The notes: generated by a model from the letters alone, not told the origin. A stretch of 51,210 bases of DNA from Polaromonas sp. (GCA_028291905.1 JAQGNK010000165.1:1-51210); one strand, 5' to 3'; positions 25,912 to 35,332 are shown, counted from the stretch's first letter. A program made the numbers and translations.

Positions 25912-25968
25912 AATCAATAGCTGCTTGCGCAGGCTGTGCCTGCGCCAAAAGCCTATTTTCCATAAAAA
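25905..25968 (+). repeat. 64-bp dispersed element, copy 6 (contains amidase stop codon)
   Basis: actataaaatcaatagc-tgctt-gcgca-ggctgtgcc-tgcgc-caaaagcc-tattttccataaaaa; TAA 25909-25911 is the amidase stop. Confidence 0.93.
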
Positions 25969-26033
25969 ATGAGTTTCAACACCTTCTGCTGCTTACTTTC
26001 TTGTCTTCCTGCCGATCTGCCCGGCACTGCGGC

Positions 26034-27293
26034 GTGAAGGTCGCGGTCATTGGCGCGGGCATCATCGGCATTACCACCGCGTATGAGCTGGCCATGGACG
26101 GCCATGAAGTCACGGTTTTCGAGCGCCGCAGCGCCGCCGCCGAGGAAACCAGCTTTGCCAATGCCGGCATTGTCGCGCCCGGCTACGTCACGCCCTGGGC
26201 CGCGCCCGGCATGCCGGGCAAGGTGCTCAGCTACCTGTTCAGCCGGCACACGCCGGTCAGGCTCAGCCTTCCGCTGTCCCGCCAGGACATGGCCTGGATG
26301 TGGAAATGGAAGCGCGCCTGCAAGCTGGAGACCTATCTGGCCAACCGCGCCCGGCTGCAGCGGCTCGCCTTTTACAGCCGCCACCGGCTGCATGTGCTGA
26401 GCGCCGAACGGGAGCTGGACTACGAGCGCAGCGCAGGCTACATGGTGCTGCTTCGCTCAGAACAAGACAGCCAGCTGGTTCAGCCCGGCCTGCAGGTGCT
26501 GCGGGACCTGGGCGTATCCTTCCGGCAGATCAATGCCGACGAAGTGCGCACCATCGAGCCGGCGCTCAATCCGGCCACGCCCTTGCTGGGCGCGGTTCAC
26601 CTGCCGGACGATGAAGTGGCCAATTGCCGGCAGTTCGCGCTGCTGTTGAAGGACGAAGCCCTGTGGCTGGGTGTCAATTTCAGGTTCAATACGACGGTAG
26701 CCCAATTGGATCCTGCGCAACCAGCTACTTTATTGATAGCGGGAGATCCCGTGCCCCGACGCTTTGACCAGGTCGTGATGTGCGCCGGCCTGGCCTCTGC
26801 CGCGCTGGTCAAGCCCCTGGGCCTGGACATTCCGCTGGCGGCCGTGTACGGCTACTCGATCAGCGCGCCCATCCGCGCTTCGCTGGATGCGCCGCTCAGC
26901 GCCTTGATGGACGAGCGCTACAAGGTGGCCATTTCACGGCTCGGCAACCGGGTACGCGTAGCCGGCAGCGCCGAGATTGGCGGCTCGCTCGACCACAAGC
27001 GCCAGGATTCCCTGAAAACCTTGTACAAGGTGCTGCAGGACTGGTTTCCAGGGGCTGCGCAGCTCGCCAGCAGCAACGGTGGCGTGCAGGTCTGGAAAGG
27101 CGCGCGCCCGATGCTGCCCGACGGCCCTCCGCTGATAGGCAACAGCGGCCGGGCCGGCCTCTGGTTCAACCTCGGGCATGGCTCCAGCGGCTGGGCCTTG
27201 AGTTGCGGCAGCGCGCGCGCCCTGGCGGACCTGATGGCTGGAAGGCCTGCTGAAATTGACATGGAAGGATTCGACCTGAGCCGGCTGACTTGA
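26034..27293 (+). CDS. dadA: D-amino acid dehydrogenase family FAD oxidoreductase
   Basis: KVAVIGAGIIG, ETSFANAG, GYSI, GARPMLPDGPP, NLGHGSSGW; GTG start 26034. Confidence 0.8.
   Translation: MKVAVIGAGIIGITTAYELAMDGHEVTVFERRSAAAEETSFANAGIVAPGYVTPWAAPGMPGKVLSYLFSRHTPVRLSLPLSRQDMAWMWKWKRACKLETYLANRARLQRLAFYSRHRLHVLSAERELDYERSAGYMVLLRSEQDSQLVQPGLQVLRDLGVSFRQINADEVRTIEPALNPATPLLGAVHLPDDEVANCRQFALLLKDEALWLGVNFRFNTTVAQLDPAQPATLLIAGDPVPRRFDQVVMCAGLASAALVKPLGLDIPLAAVYGYSISAPIRASLDAPLSALMDERYKVAISRLGNRVRVAGSAEIGGSLDHKRQDSLKTLYKVLQDWFPGAAQLASSNGGVQVWKGARPMLPDGPPLIGNSGRAGLWFNLGHGSSGWALSCGSARALADLMAGRPAEIDMEGFDLSRLT
26677..26740 (-). repeat. 64-bp dispersed element, copy 7 (inside dadA-like CDS)
   Basis: Reverse complement gctatcaataaagtagc-tggtt-gcgca-ggatccaat-tgggc-taccgtcg-tattgaacctgaaat; encodes FRFNTTVAQLDPAQPATLLIA. 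Confidence 0.85.
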
Positions 27294-27423
27294 AGCGCTT
27301 GGCAAAGCGCGCTTGTCCTACAGATTTTGTACCGCTGCCGCCGTGGCGCGGCCATGCCAGGGATTTACAGTGATGCAGCCTCGGCGTCTTGTACCGGGCA
27401 ATTTATTTTTGATTGGAAAATCC

Positions 27424-27927
27424 ATGGGCATGTTCAGTTTTATCAAGGAAGCCGGCGAAAAACTCTTCGGGCGCGGCGAAGCCAAGGCAGCCCAGGAAGC
27501 GGCAGCGGCAAAACCAACTCCAGAAAATGTGGCCGCGTTGAGCAAGACGGCGGGCGACGCGATTGAAACCTATATCAACAGCATGGGCCTGAAGGTCGAT
27601 GGCCTGGACATTAGTTTTGATGCGCCAAGCGGCACCGTCACGGTGGCCGGCGTGGCGCCCGACCAGGCCACCAAGGAAAAGGTGCTGCTGTGCTGCGGCA
27701 ATGTGGCCCAGGTGTCGGCGGTGAAAGATTTAATGACCGTGGCCAGCAGCTCGGCTGAATCGCAGATGTATGTGGTGGAAAGCGGTGACAACCTCTCCAA
27801 GATCAGCAAGCAGTTCTACGGCACGCCCAACAAATACACCCAGATTTTCGAGGCCAACAAGCCGATGCTCAGCGATCCGGACAAGATCTACCCCGGCCAG
27901 GTGCTGCGGATTCCGCCTGACGCATGA
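27424..27927 (+). CDS. BON + LysM domain protein (YgaU/Kbp-like)
   Basis: MGMFSFIKEAGEKLF start, YVVESGDNLSKISKQFYG...IFEANKPML..PDKIYPGQVLRIP. Confidence 0.93.
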   Translation: MGMFSFIKEAGEKLFGRGEAKAAQEAAAAKPTPENVAALSKTAGDAIETYINSMGLKVDGLDISFDAPSGTVTVAGVAPDQATKEKVLLCCGNVAQVSAVKDLMTVASSSAESQMYVVESGDNLSKISKQFYGTPNKYTQIFEANKPMLSDPDKIYPGQVLRIPPDA

Positions 27928-27955
27928 TCAGTTTTTCTGCAATGCACTCATTTTG

Positions 27956-27982
27956 AAAAGCCCGGTCCGCCGGGCTTTTTTT
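27956..27982 (+). terminator. Intrinsic terminator after the LysM gene
   Basis: AAAAGCCCGG-TCCG-CCGGGCTTTTTTT. Confidence 0.88.
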
Positions 27983-28033
27983 CGTCCGTGCCTGCCGCTG
28001 GCTGAAATTCCACCCAGCCTTCACAATCATCCG

Positions 28034-29575
28034 ATGCAAAAAATATCCAGCAGTTTGAGCCAGCCGCTCTACAGCGTGGCGGCGATTCGCCTGATCGAGC
28101 AGCAGGCCGCCAGCAGCCTGCCGCCGCACACGCTGATGCAGCGGGCCGGGCTTGCCGTGGCCCGCCTGGCGCTGGCGCTGGCCCCTCACGCCCGCTGCAT
28201 CTGGATTGCCTGCGGGCCGGGCAACAATGGCGGCGACGGCTTCGAGGCAGCCCTGCATCTGCACCGATGGGGAAAACCCGTCGTGGTGACCTGGACCGGC
28301 CCGCCAGCCGGCAGGACCGGATTGCCCCCCGATGCCCAGGCTTCCCATGCGCGGGCGCTGGCTGCGGGCGTGCCGATGCTCAGGGAGCCGCCGGCCGTGT
28401 TCGACCTGTGCATCGACGCGCTGCTGGGGATTGGCGCCACGCTTGATCCAGACCGGCCGGGCAGCGCGCTGATACGGCAGTGGCTGGAGGTGATGCATGC
28501 CAGCCCGGCGCTCCAGCTGGCGGTCGATATTCCGAGCGGGCTGAATGCCGACACCGGTACCTCGACATTTGAAATTGCTACAAAATATATAGCTGCTGAC
28601 GCAGGCATATCAAGCTCCAAAGGTCTTTTTACCTTGAGTTTATTGCGACTGAAGCCCGGCTTGTTCACCGCCAACGGCCGGGACAGCGCGGGCGAGGTGT
28701 GGTTCGATGACCTCGGCGCCAGCACGGCCACCGAGCCGGCCACTGCCGCACCCCATGCATGGGTGCTGGGCGCAGACCGCAGCCGTCAGCCTTCGCGGGC
28801 GCAAGCGGCGCATGCCAGCCACAAAGGCAGCTTTGGCGATGTTGCCGTGGTGGGCGGCGAATCAACACTGCGCAGCCACATGACGGGCGCAGCCCTGCTG
28901 GCGGCCAGCGCCGCCCTCCATGCAGGCGCCGGCCGGGTGCTGGTCGCCTTGCTGGGCGATGCACCCAGCCTGAGCGTTGACCTGGCACGGCCTGAGTTGA
29001 TGTTTCGCATGCCTGATGCACTGGATCTGGTGCAACAAGTTGTGGTGTGCGGTTGCGGCGGCGGCGAGTCAGTCAAAAGAATCCTGGGCAAAGTACTGGC
29101 CAGCGCCACACGGCTGGTTCTCGATGCCGACGCGCTCAATGCCATCGCCATGGACGCGAACCTCCAAATCCAGCTAAAAGCGCGCCATGGCCGGGGCTGC
29201 GTCACGGTGCTGACACCGCATCCGCTGGAAGCCGCCCGGCTGGCAGGCAGCACGGCGGCTGCGGTGCAGGCCGACCGCTTGGCCATGGCCCGGCAGCTGG
29301 CCGGGCAGTTTCAATGCACGGTAGTGCTCAAAGGTTCAGGCACGGTCATCGCTTGTCCGGGTGAGCCCTTGATGATCAACGCCAGCGGCAATGCCCTGCT
29401 GGCGACAGCAGGCACCGGTGATGTGCTGGCAGGCATGCTGGGCGCCTGCCTGGCCAGTGGCATGACGGGCTACCAAGCGGCCTGCAGCGCGGTATTCGCC
29501 CACGGCCACAAGGCAGACGCCTGGGCCATCGACAAGCCGGGCCAGGCCCTGACGGCGCTGGCGCTGGCTCAGTGA
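28034..29575 (+). CDS. nnr: Bifunctional NAD(P)H-hydrate epimerase/dehydratase
   Basis: LMQRAG, CGPGNNGGDG, DALLGIG, AVDIPSG, SHKGSFG, LDADALN, LTPHPLEAARL, LATAGTGDVLAG; start ATG 28034. Confidence 0.93.
   Translation: MQKISSSLSQPLYSVAAIRLIEQQAASSLPPHTLMQRAGLAVARLALALAPHARCIWIACGPGNNGGDGFEAALHLHRWGKPVVVTWTGPPAGRTGLPPDAQASHARALAAGVPMLREPPAVFDLCIDALLGIGATLDPDRPGSALIRQWLEVMHASPALQLAVDIPSGLNADTGTSTFEIATKYIAADAGISSSKGLFTLSLLRLKPGLFTANGRDSAGEVWFDDLGASTATEPATAAPHAWVLGADRSRQPSRAQAAHASHKGSFGDVAVVGGESTLRSHMTGAALLAASAALHAGAGRVLVALLGDAPSLSVDLARPELMFRMPDALDLVQQVVVCGCGGGESVKRILGKVLASATRLVLDADALNAIAMDANLQIQLKARHGRGCVTVLTPHPLEAARLAGSTAAAVQADRLAMARQLAGQFQCTVVLKGSGTVIACPGEPLMINASGNALLATAGTGDVLAGMLGACLASGMTGYQAACSAVFAHGHKADAWAIDKPGQALTALALAQ
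28577..28640 (+). repeat. 64-bp dispersed element, copy 8 (inside nnr, read head-first)
   Basis: gctacaaaatatatagc-tgctg-acgca-ggcatatca-agctc-caaaggtc-tttttaccttgagtt; encodes ATKYIAADAGISSSKGLFTLS. Confidence 0.88.
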
Positions 29576-29577
29576 TC

Positions 29578-30147
29578 TCAAGTAAGCGCCATCTGGCAAA
29601 TCTGCAGCACCACCAGCAGCACCAGCGCCGACAAATCAACGCCGCCAATAGCTGGCACCACGCGCCGGATGGGCGCCAGCAGGGGTTCGGTCAGGCGCGC
29701 CAGCAAAACATAGACCGCCGAGCCGGGCTGGACCCATGACAAGATGGCATAGCCCAGCACCATCATGAACAAGGTCTGCAAGGCAACCCAAAGCAGCAGC
29801 TTGAGCGCGAAAACCGGCAGAGTCATCAGGACGCCAAGGCCAAAGCTCGTCTCCATCCCGGAAACGCCCACCACGACGCTGATCAGCAGCCACGACAGCA
29901 AGGCATGGCCTAGCGCCAGCAAGGCCGCGGCAATGACACTGCCCCAGTCCACCCGTGCCTTGCCCAGCGAGGCGGGCAAGGCACGCCGCAAAGGCTTGAC
30001 CAGCCAGTCGGTCAAAGCCATCACGAAGCGGCCCGGCTGCCCCGTCATGCTCACCCGCAGCCAGTTCATCCAGGCGCGCAGCAGCGCGGCTGCAATCAGC
30101 AGGGAAAACGCTGTTTTCAGCAGAAAAAGCAGAATCTGGATCAGCAT
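29578..30147 (-). CDS. YggT family membrane protein
   Basis: Two YGGT-like repeats (LTDWLVKPLRR, LTEPLLAPIRRVVPAIGGVDLS). Confidence 0.92.
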   Translation of the reverse strand: MLIQILLFLLKTAFSLLIAAALLRAWMNWLRVSMTGQPGRFVMALTDWLVKPLRRALPASLGKARVDWGSVIAAALLALGHALLSWLLISVVVGVSGMETSFGLGVLMTLPVFALKLLLWVALQTLFMMVLGYAILSWVQPGSAVYVLLARLTEPLLAPIRRVVPAIGGVDLSALVLLVVLQICQMALT

Positions 30148-30192
30148 AAATTCCTGATGGATAAAAGAAGCATGAAAACCATCAGCCTGTTG

Positions 30193-32538
30193 CTAGCGGC
30201 GTGACTTCCTGCCCTGCTTCAGGCCGGTGCCACTGCCTGCTTTCTTGGCCACCGTCTTGCGCGCGCGCGCAGGCGGCTGAAGCGGGCTGTCAGCTGTCCT
30301 GTCGGCAGTTGGCTGGCGGCTCTTTGGATTAGCGCCGCGTCCAGTGGCACCTGCTTCCGGGCGCTTTCCAGCAGACTTGCCGCTGCGCCTGGAACCGGCG
30401 CCGCGCTCCTGCAAATCGGTGGCTGAGCCGCCCGCCTTGTCTTTCATGGCACGGCTGACCAGGGCGCCCTTTTCATCGCTTTCGTTGATCAGGCGGAAAT
30501 CGATCTTCCGGCCATCCAGATCGACCCGGCTGACCTGCACCCGGACCCGGGTTCCCAGGGCATAGCGCATGCCGCTGCGCTCGCCACGCAACTCCTGGCG
30601 GGCTTCGTCGAAACGGAAATACTCCCCGCCCAGCTCGGTGATATGCACCAGGCCTTCCACATACATGGCGTCCAGCGTCACGAAAACGCCAAAGCTGGTA
30701 GCGGTGGTGACCACGCCGCCGAATTCCTCGCCCAGATGCTCGCGCATGTACTTGCACTTGAGCCAGGCCTCCACATCGCGGCTGGCTTCATCGGCCCGGC
30801 GCTCGTTGGCGCTGCAATGCAGTCCTGCCGCCTGCCAGGCCAGCTGGTCGGCGCTGGCTTTTTTCGGCTTTTCGCCCGGTTCCCTGACGCGCGAGGCGAG
30901 CCGCTTGGACAGCTTGGCTTCCGCCTCGCCTGGCGTGGGCAACGCTGGCAAGTGATACTTGCTTTTTTTAAGAATCGCCTTGATCACCCGGTGCACCAGC
31001 AAGTCGGGATAGCGGCGAATTGGGCTGGTGAAGTGAGTGTAGGCCTCATAAGCCAGGCCGAAATGGCCGCCGTTCATCGGCGTGTAGATGGCCTGCTGCA
31101 TCGAGCGCAGCAGCATCGAGTGAATCTGCTGCGCATCCGGACGATCCTTCGTCGCCATGGCAATCTGCTGGAACTCGCTCGTCGCCGGGTTGTCGCTCAC
31201 GGTCATGCCGATGCCGGCGGCCTTGAGGTAGTTGCGCAAGACCTCGATTTTTTCTGGCGTCGGGCCTTCATGGACGCGAAACAGCCCGACATGCTTGCTC
31301 TGCGAAATAAAGTCGGCGGAGCACACATTGGCGGCCAGCATGGACTCTTCAATCAAACGGTGCGCCACATTGCGGGTGCGGGGAATGATTTTCTCGATCC
31401 GGCCGACCTCATCGCAAACAATCTGGGTTTCGGTGGTCTCAAAATCAACTGCGCCACGCAGGCCGCGCTCCTTGAGCAAGGCCTGGTACACCTCATGCAA
31501 GTGCAGCAAATGCGGCACCACCGCCTTGCGCTGCTGGGCTTCGGGCCCACGGGTATTGCCGAGGATGGCGGCCACTTCGGTATAGGTCAAACGGGCCTGG
31601 CTGAACATCACGGCCGGGTAGAACTGGTAGGCATGCACCTCCCCCTTGGCATTGACCAGCATGTCGCAGACCATGCAAAGCCGCTCGACATTCGGGTTGA
31701 GCGAGCACAGGCCGTTGGACAGCTTCTCAGGCAGCATCGGAATCACGCGACGCGGAAAATAGACGCTGGTGGCGCGGTCATAGGCATCGATGTCAATCGC
31801 GCTGCCGGTTTCGACGTAATGGCTGACATCGGCAATCGCCACCAGCAGACGCCAGCCTTTGCCACGCCCGACCTTGACCGGCTCGCAATAGACCGCATCG
31901 TCGAAGTCACGCGCATCCTCGCCATCAATGGTGACCAGCGGAATGTCGGTCAGGTCGATGCGATGGAGCTTGTCAACCGGTCGTACCGCTTCGGGAAGGC
32001 TGCGCGCCAAGCCCAGCGCTTCATCGCTGAATTCATGCGGCACGCCATACTTGCGCACCGCGATTTCAATTTCCATCCCGGGATCGTCGATTTCGCCCAG
32101 CACTTCAACCACCTTGCCCACCGGCTGGCCGAACAGGGCCGGCGGCTCGGTCAGCTGCACCACTACGATCTGGCCGGTTTTGGCCGTGCTGATTGCCCCC
32201 TTGGGAATCAGCACATCCTGGCCGTAGCGCTTGTCTTCGGGCGCCACCAGCCAGACGCCGCTTTCCTGAAGCAACCGGCCAATGATGGGATTGGGCGAGC
32301 GCTCGATGATCTCGGTGACCCGGCCTTCGGGCCGATTCTTGCGGTCATAACGCACAATGCGCGCCTTGACCCGGTCCTTGTGCAGCACGGCACGCATTTC
32401 GTTGGGCGGCAGGTAAATATCTGCTTCGCCATCGTCTCGCTGAACAAAGCCATGACCATCGCGGTGGCCTAATACTGTTCCCTCGAACTCAGCGAGGAGT
32501 CCGGCCGTTGCGCCGGAAATTTGAAGATTTGTTTTGAT
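30193..32538 (-). CDS. rnr: Ribonuclease R (start uncertain, probably non-canonical)
   Basis: TIDGEDARDFDDA, YTHFTSPIRRYPDL, S1 domain, basic tail; conserved GTVLGHRDGHGFV lies upstream of the ORF-track ATG 32397. Confidence 0.93.
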   Translation of the reverse strand: MKTNLQISGATAGLLAEFEGTVLGHRDGHGFVQRDDGEADIYLPPNEMRAVLHKDRVKARIVRYDRKNRPEGRVTEIIERSPNPIIGRLLQESGVWLVAPEDKRYGQDVLIPKGAISTAKTGQIVVVQLTEPPALFGQPVGKVVEVLGEIDDPGMEIEIAVRKYGVPHEFSDEALGLARSLPEAVRPVDKLHRIDLTDIPLVTIDGEDARDFDDAVYCEPVKVGRGKGWRLLVAIADVSHYVETGSAIDIDAYDRATSVYFPRRVIPMLPEKLSNGLCSLNPNVERLCMVCDMLVNAKGEVHAYQFYPAVMFSQARLTYTEVAAILGNTRGPEAQQRKAVVPHLLHLHEVYQALLKERGLRGAVDFETTETQIVCDEVGRIEKIIPRTRNVAHRLIEESMLAANVCSADFISQSKHVGLFRVHEGPTPEKIEVLRNYLKAAGIGMTVSDNPATSEFQQIAMATKDRPDAQQIHSMLLRSMQQAIYTPMNGGHFGLAYEAYTHFTSPIRRYPDLLVHRVIKAILKKSKYHLPALPTPGEAEAKLSKRLASRVREPGEKPKKASADQLAWQAAGLHCSANERRADEASRDVEAWLKCKYMREHLGEEFGGVVTTATSFGVFVTLDAMYVEGLVHITELGGEYFRFDEARQELRGERSGMRYALGTRVRVQVSRVDLDGRKIDFRLINESDEKGALVSRAMKDKAGGSATDLQERGAGSRRSGKSAGKRPEAGATGRGANPKSRQPTADRTADSPLQPPARARKTVAKKAGSGTGLKQGRKSRR

Positions 32539-32819
32539 AAGAAGTCTCTTTGATGAGATGCCGCCAGTGATTCGTTGTCAAATCGGCAGCGTTAAAAATG
32601 GAAGTTAGGCCAGATTCAATAGATGGTTTCGATGAACTTCAGAACAAGATACTAGCCGCGTTTCATGAACTGCTGATGTTTGCTGGCCAGAGACAGATTT
32701 AGAGAAATTTCTAGTCGTCTCGATTCGCACAACTCACGTTTGAAGTTTTTGCGGAAATTCTGAATTTTTCTGCGCCAAGCCTGATTAAGCAGAAAATGTA
32801 ATGTTAAACTGCTTGCTGT

Positions 32820-32904
32820 GCCCGGGTGGCGGAATTGGTAGACGCGCACGGTTCAGGTCCGTGTATCGCAAGATGTGGAGATTCGAGTTCTCTCCCGGGC
32901 ACCA
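32820..32904 (+). tRNA. tRNA-Leu(CAG)
   Basis: Acceptor GCCCGGG/CCCGGGC-A-CCA, D-loop GGAATTGGTAGAC, anticodon arm CACGG-TTCAGGT-CCGTG, long variable arm, T-loop TTCGAGT. Confidence 0.96.
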
Positions 32905-32919
32905 AAATAACTCAAGCTC

Positions 32920-32951
32920 AAAAAGGCCACTGTCAACGCAGTGGCCTTTTT
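32920..32951. terminator. Bidirectional intrinsic terminator between tRNA-Leu and rimO
   Basis: AAAAAGGCCACTG-TCAACG-CAGTGGCCTTTTT between convergent genes. Confidence 0.88.
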
Positions 32952-33051
32952 GCTTTCAGGAGTATTTTTCTGACCAGCATTTTGAAGGCTTGAGGCAAGG
33001 CCAGACCCTGGAATTATAGGAAATGGCAAATCCGCAAATCTTTTAAAATCT

Positions 33052-34470
33052 TCAGACTGGCACTGCAATCAGGTCGTGCCCCTGAACACCCACGACGCGA
33101 GCTCGGGTGAACTCGCCAACTTTAAGGGTTTTGCTTATTTTCTCGGGCGGCAACAGTTTGACCACGCCATCGATCTCGGGTGCGTCGGCATAGGAACGGC
33201 CCGTGCCACCCTTGCGCCCAAGAGCAGGCGCATGGTCCACCAAGACCTGCATGGTCGCGCCAACCCGCTGCTGGAGCTTCTGGCTTGAAACTGCCTCGGC
33301 CACTGCCATGAAGCGTGCACGGCGCTCTTCGCGCACCTCCAGCGGGAGCATTCCGGGAATGTCATTGGCAGTAGCACCCTCTACCGCGCTGTAGGCAAAA
33401 CAACCTGCCCGGTCAATTTTCGCTTCGCGCATGAAATCAAGCAGATGCGCGAATTCGGTTTCAGTTTCGCCGGGAAATCCGGCAATAAAAGTGCTGCGAA
33501 TGATAATTTCTGGGCAAATCTCGCGCCAGCGCGAAATACGCTCAAGATTTTTCTCTCCACTGGCGGGCCGCTTCATGCGTCTCAAGACATCGGGATGGCT
33601 GTGCTGCAAAGGCACGTCCAGATAAGGCAGCACTTTGCCTGTGGCCATCAGCGGAAGGATAGCGTCCACGCTAGGATATGGATAGACATAATGCAAACGC
33701 ACCCAGGCGCCGTAAGGCTCGGCAATCTCGCCAAGCGCCTGGACCAGTTCCAGCATCCGGGTCTTGACCGGCTTGCCATCCCAGAAACCGGTGCGGTATT
33801 TCACATCGACGCCATAGGCGGAAGTGTCCTGGCTGATCACTAGGAGCTCTTTCACGCCACCCTCAAACAATGCTCGGGCTTCATTTAAGACATCTCCAAT
33901 GGGCCGCGACACCAGATCGCCCCGCATCGACGGGATGATGCAGAAAGTGCAGCGGTGGTTGCAGCCCTCGCTGATCTTCAGGTAGGCATAGTGCCGGGGC
34001 GTGAGCTTGATGCCGGCAATGCCAAAAGCATTAGGCACCAGATCGACAAACGGATTGTGCGGCTTGGGCAGATTCAGATGCACCGCATCCATGACTTCCT
34101 GCGTCGCATGCGGGCCGGTGACAGCCAGCACGCTGGGGTGCATCTGGCGCACCAGGTTGCCTCCGCCCTCGCCTGACTTGGCACCCAGGCAACCGGTGAC
34201 GATGACCTTACCATTCTCAGCCAGCGCCTCGCCAATGGTGTCCAAGCTTTCCCTGACAGCATCGTCAATAAAGCCGCAGGTGTTGACGATGACCAGGTCG
34301 GCGCCTTCAAAGGTTTTGGAAGTCTGGTAGCCCTCGGCACTGAGCCGCGTGAGGATCAACTCGGAATCTGTGAGAGCCTTGGGACAGCCCAGGCTCACAA
34401 AGCCAACGCGTGGAGCCGATTTAATAGCTGAAACAGGGGAAAGGGGGGGTGGAGAAAGAACTTCGCTCAT
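33052..34470 (-). CDS. rimO: Ribosomal protein S12 methylthiotransferase
   Basis: [20 protein letters not shown], radical [23 protein letters not shown] domain. Confidence 0.97.
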   Translation of the reverse strand: MSEVLSPPPLSPVSAIKSAPRVGFVSLGCPKALTDSELILTRLSAEGYQTSKTFEGADLVIVNTCGFIDDAVRESLDTIGEALAENGKVIVTGCLGAKSGEGGGNLVRQMHPSVLAVTGPHATQEVMDAVHLNLPKPHNPFVDLVPNAFGIAGIKLTPRHYAYLKISEGCNHRCTFCIIPSMRGDLVSRPIGDVLNEARALFEGGVKELLVISQDTSAYGVDVKYRTGFWDGKPVKTRMLELVQALGEIAEPYGAWVRLHYVYPYPSVDAILPLMATGKVLPYLDVPLQHSHPDVLRRMKRPASGEKNLERISRWREICPEIIIRSTFIAGFPGETETEFAHLLDFMREAKIDRAGCFAYSAVEGATANDIPGMLPLEVREERRARFMAVAEAVSSQKLQQRVGATMQVLVDHAPALGRKGGTGRSYADAPEIDGVVKLLPPEKISKTLKVGEFTRARVVGVQGHDLIAVPV

Positions 34471-34569
34471 GAAGCGTATTGTCTCAGAGCAAAGGCTGTG
34501 GTGCCTAAAAACGCACTCATGCCCTTGAACAAGCCTGCGCCCATCAGTTCAATAGGTGGTTCAGCAGAT

Positions 34570-35187
34570 TTAGCGCTTTAATCCCAGCGCCACCAGCATT
34601 TGCTCACTTTGTTTTTGCATCTGTTCCTGCATTTGAGTAAACACATGCTTGGATTGCTCGACATAGGCCACCATCATGCCCTGCATCATGGGTGACTTGG
34701 CATTCATGAACTGCGCCCACGTTTCAGGACTCATCCCCTTGGACTGCTCTGCCATCTTGAGTTGCAGGTCCATAAAACTCTGAACATTTTTTTCAAGATA
34801 GGCACCCATGAAACTTTGCATGGCATCGCCATAGAAGCGAATGATGTTGGCCAGCACAGCCTCGGTGAACATGGGGGCGCCGCCAGCCTCTTCCTCAAGA
34901 ATGATCTGCAGCAGGATGCTTCGCGTGAGGTCTTCGTTGGTTTTGGCATCGCGCACCACAAAATGCGTGCTGCTCATGACAAGACGCCGAACCTCAGCCA
35001 GCGTGATGTAGGCCGATGTCTCGGTATCGTAGAGGCGCCGATTCGGGTATTTCTTGATGATTCGTGTCAAGTCGGACTTGTCAGCAGTCGCCTTGCTGCT
35101 TTTTCCGGCAGGCGCAGCGCCTTCAGAAGGATTGCCTGCCGTGGAATGCTCAACAGATGGTGAATGGGTGAACTTGCTACTTTGCAC
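34570..35187 (-). CDS. phaR: Polyhydroxyalkanoate synthesis repressor PhaR
   Basis: RIIKKYPNRRLYDTETSAYITL, DAKTNEDLTRSILLQIILEEE; GTG start follows AGGAG. Confidence 0.95.
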   Translation of the reverse strand: MQSSKFTHSPSVEHSTAGNPSEGAAPAGKSSKATADKSDLTRIIKKYPNRRLYDTETSAYITLAEVRRLVMSSTHFVVRDAKTNEDLTRSILLQIILEEEAGGAPMFTEAVLANIIRFYGDAMQSFMGAYLEKNVQSFMDLQLKMAEQSKGMSPETWAQFMNAKSPMMQGMMVAYVEQSKHVFTQMQEQMQKQSEQMLVALGLKR

Positions 35188-35210
35188 TGATGACTCCTGG
35201 AAATGACAAT

Positions 35211-35235
35211 AACCATGCCTTATGGCGGCATGGTT
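35211..35235 (-). terminator. 9-bp hairpin between tRNA-Val and phaR
   Basis: AACCATGCC-TTATGGC-GGCATGGTT; weak U tract, so role uncertain. Confidence 0.4.
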
Positions 35236-35332
35236 CGGTACATTCTAGGAATGTCTTGATATACGCAATTTTTCTGCAAACCTTACTTTAATGCTAGGAA
35301 AACATTGAAGCAAGAAACGGCTTTAGAAAAAT

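Noticed and set aside
27770-28033. N-terminal extension of nnr in the ORF track (also extensions for folD, greA, carA, TrmH, rpsB and the LysM gene)
   Set aside because: They overlap neighbouring genes, terminators or leaders; downstream starts fit the family N-termini.
34412-34440. gatttaatagctg near the rimO 5' end (peptide SAIKS) resembling the element
   Set aside because: Only the right arm matches; left arm, GCGCA-N9-TGCGC and tail are absent. At most a remnant, so not counted.
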